The position numbers and the translations under genes are program-made. Of a stretch of DNA of 64,000 nt, positions 18,468-28,551 are shown piece after piece. The stretch comes from an uncultured Planctomycetia bacterium (GTDB lineage Bacteria > Omnitrophota > Gorgyraeia > Duberdicusellales > 4484-171): assembly GCA_964455085.1 (NCBI GenBank), contig CAYVYJ010000008.1, positions 1,514 to 65,513 on the forward strand. The letters run 5' to 3'. The notes below the pieces were generated by a model. It searched no databases. It was not told where the DNA came from and worked only from the letters and a program-made list of their open reading frames with translations. Position 1 is the stretch's first letter. Every line of letters starts with the position of its first letter.

Positions 18468-20039
18468 TTATTTTGGAGAGTCTTTAAGGAGTTTATACTC
18501 AACGCTATCGGATAAAGCCTGCCAAGATGCCTCAATAATATTTTCTGAAACACCAATAGTTGACCAGCTATCTTCCTTGTCCTGGGATTGAATCAAAACT
18601 CTCACCTTTGTTGCGGTCCCGCCTTTCTCATCAAGCACTCTAACCTTAAAATCAGTAAGGTGCATCCCAGAGAGTGTTGGATAAAACTTAGATAAAGCCT
18701 TTCTCAAAGCGTTGTCTAAAGCGTTGACCGGACCATCACCAAGAGAGGTTGTATGCTCTAATTTCCCGTTAATCTTCAACCTTATTATTGCCTCTGAAAC
18801 TAACTTGTTATCTTCACCTTTTTCAACAACAACTTTAAATCCCAGCAAATCAAAAAAGTTTTTATATTTCTTAAATTCTTTCTGAAGCAGCAGTTTAAAA
18901 GAACCTTCAGCAGCTTCAAACTGATATCCTTCTCTTTCTAACCTTTGGATCAGTTGATGTAAATTCTTAGCCTTATCTGACTTCTTATCTAAATCAAACT
19001 CTAGCTCTTTCGCCTTTACTACTAAAGTAGACTTACCAGCCAGTTCTGAAACAATAAGCTTCCGCTTATTCCCTACTAAAGCCGGATCAATATGCTCATA
19101 GGCCCGGGGATTTTTTATAACTGCATCAATATGTACTCCTCCTTTATGAGCAAAAGCGCTGTGACCTACAAAAGGATGATTATCGCGATGGACCATATTA
19201 GAGACTTCACTTACAAAATGCGAAAGATGGGTTAATTCAGCTAACCTTTTAGCAGATATAACCTTTTTCCCCATCTTAAGCTGCAATATGCTGATTATGG
19301 TCACTAAGTCAGCATTCCCACACCTTTCCCCGTAACCATTCATAGTCCCCTGGATCTGTATACAACCCTCATCTACACAAACTATCGAATTTGCCACTGC
19401 CAACCCTAAATCATTGTGGCAATGCACCCCAAAAGTGGCCAAAGAAAGTTTACTCTTTACCTCTTGAATTATTGTCTTAATTCCCCAAGGTAAATTTCCG
19501 CCATTGGTATCACAAAAAACAATTAGCTCAGCTCCCGACTCTTTAGCTACTCTTAAAGTCTTAAGGGCGTAACTGGGATCAGCCTTATACCCGTCAAAGA
19601 AGTGTTCAGCATCATAGAAGACACGTCTTCCTTTGCTTTTCAAGAAACTTATACTATCAGCAATAATCCTAAGATTATCATCAGGTTTTATCTTCAAAAC
19701 TTCTTTTACGTGTAAATTCCAGGTTTTACCGAAAATAGTAACACACTCAGTCTCGGAATCAAGTAGACTGATAAGATTCTGATCCTCCTTGGCCGGCTTT
19801 GAAGGATGAGCTGTAGAGCCAAAAGAGGTGAGTTTGCTATTTTTTAAAGAGTATTTCTTAAAATATTCAAAAAGCTCTTTATCCTTGGGATTAGAATAGG
19901 GCCAGCCACCCTCGATAAAATCAATGCCAAAATCATCTAACTTTTTGACGATATTGATCTTATCCTGACAGCTTAAAGAAATCCCTGGAGTTTGAGTTCC
20001 GTCCCTTAGGGTTGTATCGTAAATATATACTTTTTTCAT
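18468..20039 (-). CDS. cimA: Citramalate synthase / LeuA-family paralog
   Basis: 523 aa. IYDTTLRDGTQ and HCHNDLG motifs. C-terminal regulatory domain. A second LeuA-family member is in the same operon and the N-terminus is CimA-like. Confidence 0.7.
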   Translation of the reverse strand: MKKVYIYDTTLRDGTQTPGISLSCQDKINIVKKLDDFGIDFIEGGWPYSNPKDKELFEYFKKYSLKNSKLTSFGSTAHPSKPAKEDQNLISLLDSETECVTIFGKTWNLHVKEVLKIKPDDNLRIIADSISFLKSKGRRVFYDAEHFFDGYKADPSYALKTLRVAKESGAELIVFCDTNGGNLPWGIKTIIQEVKSKLSLATFGVHCHNDLGLAVANSIVCVDEGCIQIQGTMNGYGERCGNADLVTIISILQLKMGKKVISAKRLAELTHLSHFVSEVSNMVHRDNHPFVGHSAFAHKGGVHIDAVIKNPRAYEHIDPALVGNKRKLIVSELAGKSTLVVKAKELEFDLDKKSDKAKNLHQLIQRLEREGYQFEAAEGSFKLLLQKEFKKYKNFFDLLGFKVVVEKGEDNKLVSEAIIRLKINGKLEHTTSLGDGPVNALDNALRKALSKFYPTLSGMHLTDFKVRVLDEKGGTATKVRVLIQSQDKEDSWSTIGVSENIIEASWQALSDSVEYKLLKDSPK

Positions 20040-20060
20040 CTAACCTTTACCCTTTAACAC

Positions 20061-21302
20061 TTATGAATTTATTTTATCCAATTTAAATCCCTTGTGAAGC
20101 GCTTTTAAGGCTTTCTTGCCTACCCCTTTCTTTACCACGCAAGAGATGCTAATCTCTGAAGTTGAAATCATATCAATATTAATCTTATTTTTGGCTAAGA
20201 TTGAAAAACACTTTGCTGCTACTCCGGAATGAGTCTTCATCCCCACCCCCACGACAGAAACCTTAGCTATAGTCTCATCAGAAATAACTTCTCCAGCACC
20301 AATACGCTTGGAAATACCTTTTGAAATTTTAAGCGTCTTGATTAGATTATTTTTGGGGACGGTGAAAGAGATATCAGTTGCTTTTCTATGGCTTACATTC
20401 TGAACAATCATATCTATATTAATGTTCTGCCGACTCAACTCTTTAAACATATGGGCGGCAATTCCTGGTCTATCCGGAACGTTACACAAAGTTATTTTGG
20501 CCTCATTGCTGGTAAGAGTTATTCCCCTTACCACCGGTTCCTCTATTAATGGTGTCTTTCCCATAATTATTGTTCCCTCCTTTTTAGTAAAGCTACCCTT
20601 CACCTGTATCGGGATATTAAACTTCTTTGCTACCTCAACTGCCCTGGTGTGCATAACTTGGGCTCCACGAGATGCAAGCTCCAGCATTTCATCAAAAGTA
20701 ATATATTTTAATTTTTTTGCGTTAAGTACAATTCGCGGATCAGCAGTATAAATTCCTTCAACATCAGTATAAATCTCACATAAATCTGCCTTCAAAGCTA
20801 CAGCTAAAGCTACAGCGCTTAGGTCTGAGCCACCACGACCCAAAGTGGTTATCTCTAAGGCCGTACTTAAGCCTTGAAACCCGGCCACAATAACAATATT
20901 ACCATTTCGTAATTCTCTCTTTATGCGGTTAGTCTCGATCTTTAAAATCTTAGCCTGGGTATGATAGGTGTCGGTGATTATTCCAATCTGAGGCCCGGTA
21001 AATGATATTGCCCCTTTGCCTCTCTTATGAATCGCCATAGCCAACAAGGAACAAGAAATCTGCTCGCCAGTAGATATTAACATATCCATTTCGCGCTCCG
21101 AAGGATGAGGATTTATCTTCTTGGCCAAACTAACTAAATCATTAGTAGTACCCCCCATTGCCGAAATAACAACTACCACCCTATTGCCCTGCTTAGCGTA
21201 AGCAATAACTTTCTGGGCAGCTTTTTCTATCTTTGCGATATCAGCTACTGAGCTACCGCCGTATTTCTGAATAACCAATTTATTTTTTAATTTGCTCGAC
21301 AT
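20061..21302 (-). CDS. lysC: Aspartate kinase
   Basis: 413 aa. KYGGSS N-terminal kinase motif, amino-acid kinase fold and two C-terminal ACT domains. Confidence 0.9.
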   Translation of the reverse strand: MSSKLKNKLVIQKYGGSSVADIAKIEKAAQKVIAYAKQGNRVVVVISAMGGTTNDLVSLAKKINPHPSEREMDMLISTGEQISCSLLAMAIHKRGKGAISFTGPQIGIITDTYHTQAKILKIETNRIKRELRNGNIVIVAGFQGLSTALEITTLGRGGSDLSAVALAVALKADLCEIYTDVEGIYTADPRIVLNAKKLKYITFDEMLELASRGAQVMHTRAVEVAKKFNIPIQVKGSFTKKEGTIIMGKTPLIEEPVVRGITLTSNEAKITLCNVPDRPGIAAHMFKELSRQNINIDMIVQNVSHRKATDISFTVPKNNLIKTLKISKGISKRIGAGEVISDETIAKVSVVGVGMKTHSGVAAKCFSILAKNKINIDMISTSEISISCVVKKGVGKKALKALHKGFKLDKINS

Positions 21303-21401
21303 TTTATCTCATTCTTCCTTTAGTATCACTCATTTTACACTTATCCACTAACAAAGGCAATACCCCCCAACTCGCTCACTGTGATGCTCACCCTTGAAGT
21401 T

Positions 21402-22970
21402 TTAATCAGAACGGAGTTTTGCTAATTTCCTGAATTCCAATATTCCTAAAATACCAAAAACTATAAGAGCTAAAGATATTCCCGAAAGAAGATAATTACC
21501 ATCGCCCATGAAATCTGCTATTTTAAAACCTAAAGCAAAGATAGTTATCAATACCATTATAATAGCAGGAATAAGAGTAATTTTGTAGTTTTTTTTCCGA
21601 TAAAACAACCATCCGCTAACTACGACTAAAGCTAAACCAGCTACCAACTGATTAGATGCCCCAAACATTGGCCAAAGAATCTGCCATTTATTCATTACAG
21701 CTAAATACCCGGCAACCAGAACAACTACTAAGGTAGCCAGCCACTTATTATTTACTCCAAACAACTCTTGGGTTATAAGACGGGTTATCCGGGTTGCAGT
21801 ATCAAGAGTGGTCAAGATAAAAGCATTAAGAATCACTAAAGCAATGATCTGGGCATTATTGCCTAATAAGAATCCTACTTTGGCAAACCCCAAGGAAAAG
21901 ATTTCAGCGTAAGTCTTCTCTTGCGGTATATCTTTTAATCCAAAGGCTATTGAGAATAAAACTATCACTGCTAAAATACCTTCTAAAATCATGGCTCCAT
22001 AACCCACTTTAAGGGCGTCTTTCTCGCTATTTAACTGTTTACAGGTTGTTCCGCTAGCAACCAGGGAATGAAAACCAGATATTGCTCCGCAAGCTACGGT
22101 TATAAACATTATCGGGAAAAGATAACCAGCCGGGGCACTAAAACTAATCAGCTTTGCGCCGCTAAGCGGAAAGGGCTTGAGAATAATCCCGATGAAAGCT
22201 ACGATAATACCGAAAAATAGTAAAAAACTAGCTAAATAATCCCGGGGTTGAAGCAGGATATTTACCGGGATTATCGAAGCAAAAAAAGCATAAATAAAAA
22301 GAACAATAATCCAAAATGTATAAGGGTCAGCTAATTTTATTTGTAAAGGATAAAATCGACTCCAAAAAATCAAAATCCCTAAACAACTGATTCCGATTAA
22401 AGTGGCTAAAACAATATTTACTCTTAGCTTATAAATTAAGAACCCAATAACCATAGCAACCGGAATTAAGCCTAAAGAGGAACCTACTATCTGAGGTTGA
22501 CTAATAAAACTTTTGGCACAAATGGCAGCAAAAACAGCAATAACAACAATTAAGGCAAACCATAAGAATATCAGAAAAAACATGCTTCCTCTCTTAGAGG
22601 TGTACTTCCGGGAAAGCTGCCCAATACTTACTCCCTCCTCGCGCAGCGAAATCATAAGAGTAGAGAAGTCATGTACTGCCCCGATAAAAATAGTTCCCAG
22701 AATAATCCAGATCAGTGTGCCTAACCAACCCCACCAGATATAAGCTAAAATCGGTCCGATAATCGGCCCAGCTCCGGCAATAGAGGCAAAATGATGGCCA
22801 AAGATAACCAGCCAGTTTTTTGCCGGAACATAGTCAACACCATCATATTTAGTGTGGGCTGGTGTTCTCCTTGCCGGGTCAATGCCAAATACTTTAGCCA
22901 CAAAACGACCATAGAAAAGGTAGCCGCCGATAAGTGAACTAATCGCCAAGATAAAAAGGATTGTGCTCAT
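21402..22970 (-). CDS. cstA: Carbon starvation protein A family transporter
   Basis: 522 aa polytopic membrane protein with CstA N-terminal signature (WFLISGAGPI-like region). Confidence 0.7.
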   Translation of the reverse strand: MSTILFILAISSLIGGYLFYGRFVAKVFGIDPARRTPAHTKYDGVDYVPAKNWLVIFGHHFASIAGAGPIIGPILAYIWWGWLGTLIWIILGTIFIGAVHDFSTLMISLREEGVSIGQLSRKYTSKRGSMFFLIFLWFALIVVIAVFAAICAKSFISQPQIVGSSLGLIPVAMVIGFLIYKLRVNIVLATLIGISCLGILIFWSRFYPLQIKLADPYTFWIIVLFIYAFFASIIPVNILLQPRDYLASFLLFFGIIVAFIGIILKPFPLSGAKLISFSAPAGYLFPIMFITVACGAISGFHSLVASGTTCKQLNSEKDALKVGYGAMILEGILAVIVLFSIAFGLKDIPQEKTYAEIFSLGFAKVGFLLGNNAQIIALVILNAFILTTLDTATRITRLITQELFGVNNKWLATLVVVLVAGYLAVMNKWQILWPMFGASNQLVAGLALVVVSGWLFYRKKNYKITLIPAIIMVLITIFALGFKIADFMGDGNYLLSGISLALIVFGILGILEFRKLAKLRSD

Positions 22971-24160
22971 TTAGTAAGGAAATATTTAAGTAAATCCGTA
23001 CCTTTATCAAAATAGAGTGAACTATTCTGAGCTTCTCTCTCCGAGTATGAAGATAAATCATCTTTGTCTATTCCCGAACCAGAGATTAAGAAAGGTACCG
23101 GTTCAGCGGTATGGGTCCTTATACTGATAGGGGTGGGATGGTCTGGAGTAATTAGAATTCGGAAATCTTTATTCTTTAGCCTCTCCACTATGGTACCGAC
23201 AATGAGTTTATCTATCCGCTCAAGACAAGCTATTTTCATCCGCAAGTCTTGGTTATGGCCAGCCTCATCAGTAGCTTCTATGTGAACAAAGACAAAATCA
23301 CAATCTTCTAAGGCTGCCAGAGCCGCTTCTGCCTTACCCAGATAATTAGTATCGTAGTAGCCATTGGCACCTTCGACTTCTGGCACTTTCAGCCCAATTA
23401 TTTTTCCGATACCCTTGATTAAATCTACGGCTGAGATAACTGCGCCCTTAATGCCAAATTCAGTTTCAAAGAGCGGCATTGTCGGCTTGCCACCGCAACC
23501 CCAAAGCCAAATCATATTAGCCGGATTTTCGCCCAGATCTATTCTCACCTTATTGATCTCATGGGCAGCGAGAAAATCTTTAGAACGATTCATCAGGTCG
23601 GTAATAACCTCATTGCCCTTACCCCGCGGCAGACTTCGAGATATTTCCTTACCCATGATATCGTGAGGAGCAAGATACTTTAGTTTATCTAACCCTAAAT
23701 CCACTCCTCCCCGAATAACCATAAGGTTACGGTAACTAGTCCCGAAAAAAAACTGAATTTTGTCGGTCTTTAGATTATCATTGATGCAATCAATAAGGAT
23801 TTTAGCTTCTTTATCGGTTATATGTCCTCCGCTATAATCCTGGAGTTTACCTTCAGCTTCAGTGATAAGATTGCAACGAAAAGCTAAGTCTCTCTCACCT
23901 AATTCTACCCCCAAATTCACAGCCTCCAGCGGACCCCGGCCGGTATAGTAGATTTCCGGGTCATAACCAAGCAAAGAAAGATTAGCAATATCACTAGAAG
24001 GGGTAAATCCGCGGGGAATGGTCTTGGCTCTTCCTAATATCCCGGATTTAGCCAAGGAATCCATAAAGGGGATATCAGCCACCTCAAAAGGTGTCTTTGC
24101 TCCTAAAATATCAAGGGGATAATCGCTGGCACCGTCAGGAATAACTACAATATACTTCAT
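22967..24160 (-). CDS. apgM: Cofactor-independent phosphoglycerate mutase, archaeal-type
   Basis: 397 aa. IVVIPDGASD N-terminus and metalloenzyme phosphopentomutase/ApgM-like core (HIEATDEAGH). Confidence 0.8.
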   Translation of the reverse strand: MKYIVVIPDGASDYPLDILGAKTPFEVADIPFMDSLAKSGILGRAKTIPRGFTPSSDIANLSLLGYDPEIYYTGRGPLEAVNLGVELGERDLAFRCNLITEAEGKLQDYSGGHITDKEAKILIDCINDNLKTDKIQFFFGTSYRNLMVIRGGVDLGLDKLKYLAPHDIMGKEISRSLPRGKGNEVITDLMNRSKDFLAAHEINKVRIDLGENPANMIWLWGCGGKPTMPLFETEFGIKGAVISAVDLIKGIGKIIGLKVPEVEGANGYYDTNYLGKAEAALAALEDCDFVFVHIEATDEAGHNQDLRMKIACLERIDKLIVGTIVERLKNKDFRILITPDHPTPISIRTHTAEPVPFLISGSGIDKDDLSSYSEREAQNSSLYFDKGTDLLKYFLTK

Positions 24161-24299
24161 TGTTAAGCTTATTAACTTCTTACTGGTTTAAGTTATAGGA
24201 GAACTAACCTCTTTCCAACAGACCTTTATGGGTCTTATCAGAGTTTAATACAAAGAATATCTCCTTGCAAGATATTTTTCTAGTGATATATTCTATACT

Positions 24300-25061
24300 A
24301 TGATCAAGCAAGGAGATCTAATATTCCTCTATAACGATGAAAAAAGGAACTTCCTCCTTAAGGCCGAAGTAAAAACTCTCCACACTGACAAGGGTTTCTT
24401 AAAAATCGGCTCGCTTATCGGCAAAGAATTCGGCCAAAAAACAGAGACAAATCTAGGGTTCCCCTTCTATATCCTCCGCCCTTACCTCTATGAGCTGGTA
24501 ATGAAAGTGAGAAGAAAAACACAAATCCTTTATCCCAAAGATATTGGAATGATTCTTCTTCGGGGAAACATCTTTCCGGGAGCTAAGGTAATTGAGTCCG
24601 GCATAGGTAGCGGGGCATTAACTACGGCTTTGGCTAATTTCGTCAGGCCCAACGGCCGAGTCTATAGTTACGAACGAAATAAAGAATTTCTGGAAAATGC
24701 TAAGAAAAACTTAGAAAAAAATGGCTTAAGTGAATGGGTGGAACTCAAACATCAGGAAATTACCACTGAATTCGATGAAAAAGAAGCTGACTTTGTAATG
24801 ATTGATATTGGAAGCCCCTGGGAATTGATTGACGCTGCTTATAAATCACTAAAAGGGGGTTGCCGGCTTGCTACAATATGTCCCACCTTTGAACAACTTA
24901 CGAAAACTGTATTTAGTCTGGAAGAAAAAGGATTTGTCAATATTGAAACTATGGAAATTCTCCTGCGGAGAATTCTGGTAAGAAGAGGAAAAACCCGGCC
25001 GGAACAACGGATGCCCTGTCATACTGGCTGGTTAGTCTTCGCAACAAAAATTATTCTCTAG
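24300..25061 (+). CDS. trmI: tRNA (adenine58-N1)-methyltransferase
   Basis: 253 aa. GSGSGALT SAM-binding motif, TrmI/Gcd14 architecture. Sole + strand gene in a divergent position to apgM. Confidence 0.75.
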   Translation: MIKQGDLIFLYNDEKRNFLLKAEVKTLHTDKGFLKIGSLIGKEFGQKTETNLGFPFYILRPYLYELVMKVRRKTQILYPKDIGMILLRGNIFPGAKVIESGIGSGALTTALANFVRPNGRVYSYERNKEFLENAKKNLEKNGLSEWVELKHQEITTEFDEKEADFVMIDIGSPWELIDAAYKSLKGGCRLATICPTFEQLTKTVFSLEEKGFVNIETMEILLRRILVRRGKTRPEQRMPCHTGWLVFATKIIL

Positions 25062-25929
25062 TATCAAACTTATCTAAATCAGGCTTGGGCAAAGAATCGT
25101 AAGTAGGAATTTTCCTGCCGATAAAATAAGGGTAATCTAAAAATAGCTTTTCCCATAAACTACTTCTTTTGGGACCACAAATTCCTCTGCCAGAAGAGAG
25201 GATAAAAACTACCATCTCCTTTACTTCAGGAGAATCAATCTTCTTTAAATTTTCCAAAGCAGTTTTAAGGGGCAAGTCCTTACGGTAAAGGAAGTTATGG
25301 GCTTTTCTAATTTGACTTATCTGGTTAGCTTTAAAGCTTGCTCGCCTTAGGCCTACTGAATTGAGCCCCCAGATTCGGGAGTCTCCTACTAACAGCATAA
25401 AGGGAAGGATATCCTGGTTAACCCTGGAGAGACCTCCAACCATTGCTAACCTGCCAATCCTTACGAATTGATGGATAACTACATTTCCGGAAATAAAGAC
25501 CTTATCTTGAATTTCAACGTGACCGGCAACCAGAGTACCATTACAAATAACAATATTATTGGCTAACTTACAATCATGGGCAATATGTGAACAGGCCATA
25601 AGAAAATTACTGTCGCCTAAGAAGGTAGCCTTATCGGGAGAACTTGCGCAATTGATCGTAACATACTCCCGGATAATATTATTTTTTCCGATATAAACTT
25701 TACCCTTAGAGACTCTGGACTCTAAAACCTGGGGGGCTTCACCAATAACGCTACCGCTGCCAATAAAGGTATTATCACCAATATAAGTATTGGCCTTTAA
25801 GTGCACAAAAGCAGAAACCCTTACCCCCCGACCTAGATGAACCCCTCCTTCGATATAAGTATAAGGACCTATGCTTACCTCTTCTCCTAAAATTACATCT
25901 TTTTCGATAATTGCTTTAGGATGAATCAT
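25051..25929 (-). CDS. lpxA: Acyl-ACP--UDP-GlcNAc O-acyltransferase with about 30-aa C-terminal extension
   Basis: 292 aa. N-terminal MIHPKAIIEKDVILGEEVSIGPYTYIEG and hexapeptide LbH repeats throughout. The C-terminal helical domain is extended relative to typical 262-aa LpxA. Confidence 0.85.
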   Translation of the reverse strand: MIHPKAIIEKDVILGEEVSIGPYTYIEGGVHLGRGVRVSAFVHLKANTYIGDNTFIGSGSVIGEAPQVLESRVSKGKVYIGKNNIIREYVTINCASSPDKATFLGDSNFLMACSHIAHDCKLANNIVICNGTLVAGHVEIQDKVFISGNVVIHQFVRIGRLAMVGGLSRVNQDILPFMLLVGDSRIWGLNSVGLRRASFKANQISQIRKAHNFLYRKDLPLKTALENLKKIDSPEVKEMVVFILSSGRGICGPKRSSLWEKLFLDYPYFIGRKIPTYDSLPKPDLDKFDTRE

Positions 25930-26660
25930 TGTAAATCCCCATTTTTTAAAATAGTAACTTTACCGGCTAATGAAATGAATTCTAAACGCAAAGGAATCTT
26001 TTTTTCTTTATCTAACCAGAGATTAAATCTTCTTGCGCCTTTTCCAACCAGAAAGTAAGTATCCCGGTTTTCACCATTGGCCTTCAAGACTCTCTCCCTT
26101 ACCATCTTTATTTTTATCTTTTGAGTGGGAAGGTTAAAGCCCATCCATTTACCTGGCGTAAGCGTTAAGTCTTGAGGGAAAAAATAGAGAAGTTCCAAGA
26201 TATTATGGATTGGTTTGTCTTGGTAAATGACCCTCTCTCTATTTTTGGAATTACTTTTATTGATCCTAATATACCCGACATCTTGGTTGTAAGTTTCAGA
26301 AATCTTTTCCTTTCGGCCAAAGAAAACGATATCCCTCTCAACTCTTAGGGGAAGACCGGTTCTACTATCAAGGAAAACTTTTTCTTTCCCGGCTAAACTT
26401 AGAAGCTTAAGGATTTTTGTATTTGAATTCAGTAAAAGAATATCAGCAGTTACCCCGTTAATATCTTCTTGCCCTAAATACTCCCATTCGATATAACCAG
26501 AGGGAATTCCGTTAAAATTAACCTTATAAACCAGTTTATCCTGGTCTTTGAACCTTGCACCAATGTTTTCTCCGGAAACAAAACCGGCACCCGCTACAGT
26601 TATTGCCAAAAACATAACCCCACCAATAATAGAAGCAAAATTAAATCTCCTCATCTTCAC
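25926..26660 (-). CDS. Exported protein of unknown function
   Basis: 244 aa with signal peptide (AITVAGAGFVSG), predicted beta-rich. 4-nt overlap with lpxA start. Confidence 0.5.
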   Translation of the reverse strand: MKMRRFNFASIIGGVMFLAITVAGAGFVSGENIGARFKDQDKLVYKVNFNGIPSGYIEWEYLGQEDINGVTADILLLNSNTKILKLLSLAGKEKVFLDSRTGLPLRVERDIVFFGRKEKISETYNQDVGYIRINKSNSKNRERVIYQDKPIHNILELLYFFPQDLTLTPGKWMGFNLPTQKIKIKMVRERVLKANGENRDTYFLVGKGARRFNLWLDKEKKIPLRLEFISLAGKVTILKNGDLQ

Positions 26661-26672
26661 CTTAGGCCAATC

Positions 26673-28547
26673 TTAAAAAGAGACCAGTTTTTTGATCTCA
26701 TCTAACTTCTCTCTAGCAGCCAGCTCTCCTCTTTTAATAAATTCCGCTATCTTTTCAAATTCCATCCACCCTAACCCTTCGAGGTTAGTATGAATAACTA
26801 TATCAGCAATCTTGGCTGCCTGTTCCACAAATTGCTGCTGCATGGTTTCAATGCTTCCGAAAATAAAATCAAAAATATGAAAACGGCTACGTGTACGATT
26901 TATTCTTAAGGCTTGTTCGGACGAAAGAGATATATTAGAAGCAATTATCTTATGAGCATCATAATTTAAGAGAACCTTTGTCGGCAAGGGATTTAAGATC
27001 CCTCCATCTAGGAGAATATCCTTCTTGAAATTCACCGGTTCAAAGATACCGGGAAAAGCACAGCTAGCTGCTACAGCCTTATAAAGAAGCCCTTTGTCTA
27101 AAATTATCGATTTTCGCTTAAGAAAATCAAAGGCAACTATTTTAAGGTTGTGTTTTAAATCATAGAATGTCATGTCCTTGAAAATATTCCTAAATATACT
27201 CTCGAGCCTCTTAGCTCTCATAATCCCTCTAAAAGGGAAAGAGAAACCAGTCAGTGAGAATTTGTTAATTTTCTTCCCGAATTGATTGGAAAGTTTTTCG
27301 ATATCATCAACACTAAAACCAGCCGCCCAAAGAGCAGCAATTATTGCTCCGATACTTGAGCCACAAATAACATCTATGACTATATTATTTTGTACTAAAA
27401 CTTTTAGTACACCGATATGCGAAAACCCATAGGCAGCTCCGCTACCTAAGGCTATACCTAAGGTAACTTCACCAATTTCACGGGATATTCTTCGCAAAGT
27501 CTTAATATATTGCTGATCACTAACAGAAGGCAGAGTAGCATAAATCGGGTGATTAATCAACTTTTGCTTCTTGGCAAGTAGCAGACCTTCCTGATTAAAG
27601 CTTTCAGTAATAATAACTTTGATCTTTTCCTGATTCAAAGGGTTATGGGCCTTTAATTCCTTTAGCAGGGATGCACCCTTACTCAACTCCCTTTTTTGAG
27701 GAAAAAGAATAAAGTGTATTTGATGGGCAGATATGATAAAATCGTCAAAGTGTTTTTCTAAAAATTTATGGGGAATCTCATAAAGAATAAAGTGATAACT
27801 TTCGGAAAGAAAGTTTAGAAGGGGAAGAAAATTATCTCCAATATCAGCCCTTATGTAAAGATAAGCGACTTTACTCTTTATAATATACTTATCTAAAGAG
27901 CCCTCACTGAAAACCTTTAAAGATAAAATATTATTGCGCTTATTCGTAAGCGAGACCTCAGGAATAAAATGAGCAATTTCAGCCCCGGGAGGAATAATCT
28001 GAATACAGATAATGTCTTTTTTGGTCTGTTCCTTTAATCTTACTCCTAAATCAAACATGTAGCGAGTCTTGCCAGCTAAAGGACTCCCCATGATTCCTAT
28101 TTTTTTGGATTGGAATATCTTCTTAGGCTTAAATCGGGATTTCACTCTTTGAGATAGAATGCGTGCGAAATCCAAAGAAAGATAAGGATTCATCTTTAAA
28201 AATTCTTTAAAGGCTTTTTTCTCTGTCTGCAAAACGAGAGAAGTTTCGATTGATTTTGTAGTTACTGAATGCGGATCATCAGTGAGTAAAGAGATTATCC
28301 CGAAACAGGTGCCGCGCTTTAAGATCTCTATCTTACGATGCTTTGATCCGGATTGAGTTAAAACTGCAATTCTTCCCTTAATCAGAAAGTAGAGATAGTC
28401 TGGAAGGTCCTTTTCGTTATAAATTACCTGGTCATTTCTGTATTCTCTGACTTCAGATATACTAATTAATCTACTTATCTGATGCTTGCCTAAAGCATTG
28501 AATGGCGGGCTGTTACTAATAATTAATCTTATCTCCTTATCACTCAT
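26673..28547 (-). CDS. Cyclic-nucleotide-binding domain fused to patatin-like phospholipase (NTE-like)
   Basis: 624 aa. N-terminal CAP/cNMP-binding beta-barrel (about residues 10-135). C-terminal patatin domain with GxGxxG oxyanion region GIALGSGAAYG, GSSIG nucleophile Ser motif (GxSxG) and DGG catalytic Asp. Confidence 0.8.
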   Translation of the reverse strand: MSDKEIRLIISNSPPFNALGKHQISRLISISEVREYRNDQVIYNEKDLPDYLYFLIKGRIAVLTQSGSKHRKIEILKRGTCFGIISLLTDDPHSVTTKSIETSLVLQTEKKAFKEFLKMNPYLSLDFARILSQRVKSRFKPKKIFQSKKIGIMGSPLAGKTRYMFDLGVRLKEQTKKDIICIQIIPPGAEIAHFIPEVSLTNKRNNILSLKVFSEGSLDKYIIKSKVAYLYIRADIGDNFLPLLNFLSESYHFILYEIPHKFLEKHFDDFIISAHQIHFILFPQKRELSKGASLLKELKAHNPLNQEKIKVIITESFNQEGLLLAKKQKLINHPIYATLPSVSDQQYIKTLRRISREIGEVTLGIALGSGAAYGFSHIGVLKVLVQNNIVIDVICGSSIGAIIAALWAAGFSVDDIEKLSNQFGKKINKFSLTGFSFPFRGIMRAKRLESIFRNIFKDMTFYDLKHNLKIVAFDFLKRKSIILDKGLLYKAVAASCAFPGIFEPVNFKKDILLDGGILNPLPTKVLLNYDAHKIIASNISLSSEQALRINRTRSRFHIFDFIFGSIETMQQQFVEQAAKIADIVIHTNLEGLGWMEFEKIAEFIKRGELAAREKLDEIKKLVSF

Positions 28548-28551
28548 AAAA

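Noticed and set aside
26673-28547. cNMP-patatin protein as a CBASS (CapV-like) effector.
   Set aside because: No CD-NTase/cyclase, Cap2/Cap3 or other CBASS components are nearby. The architecture fits NTE-like standalone sensor-lipases better, so it is kept only as a finding about the fusion itself.
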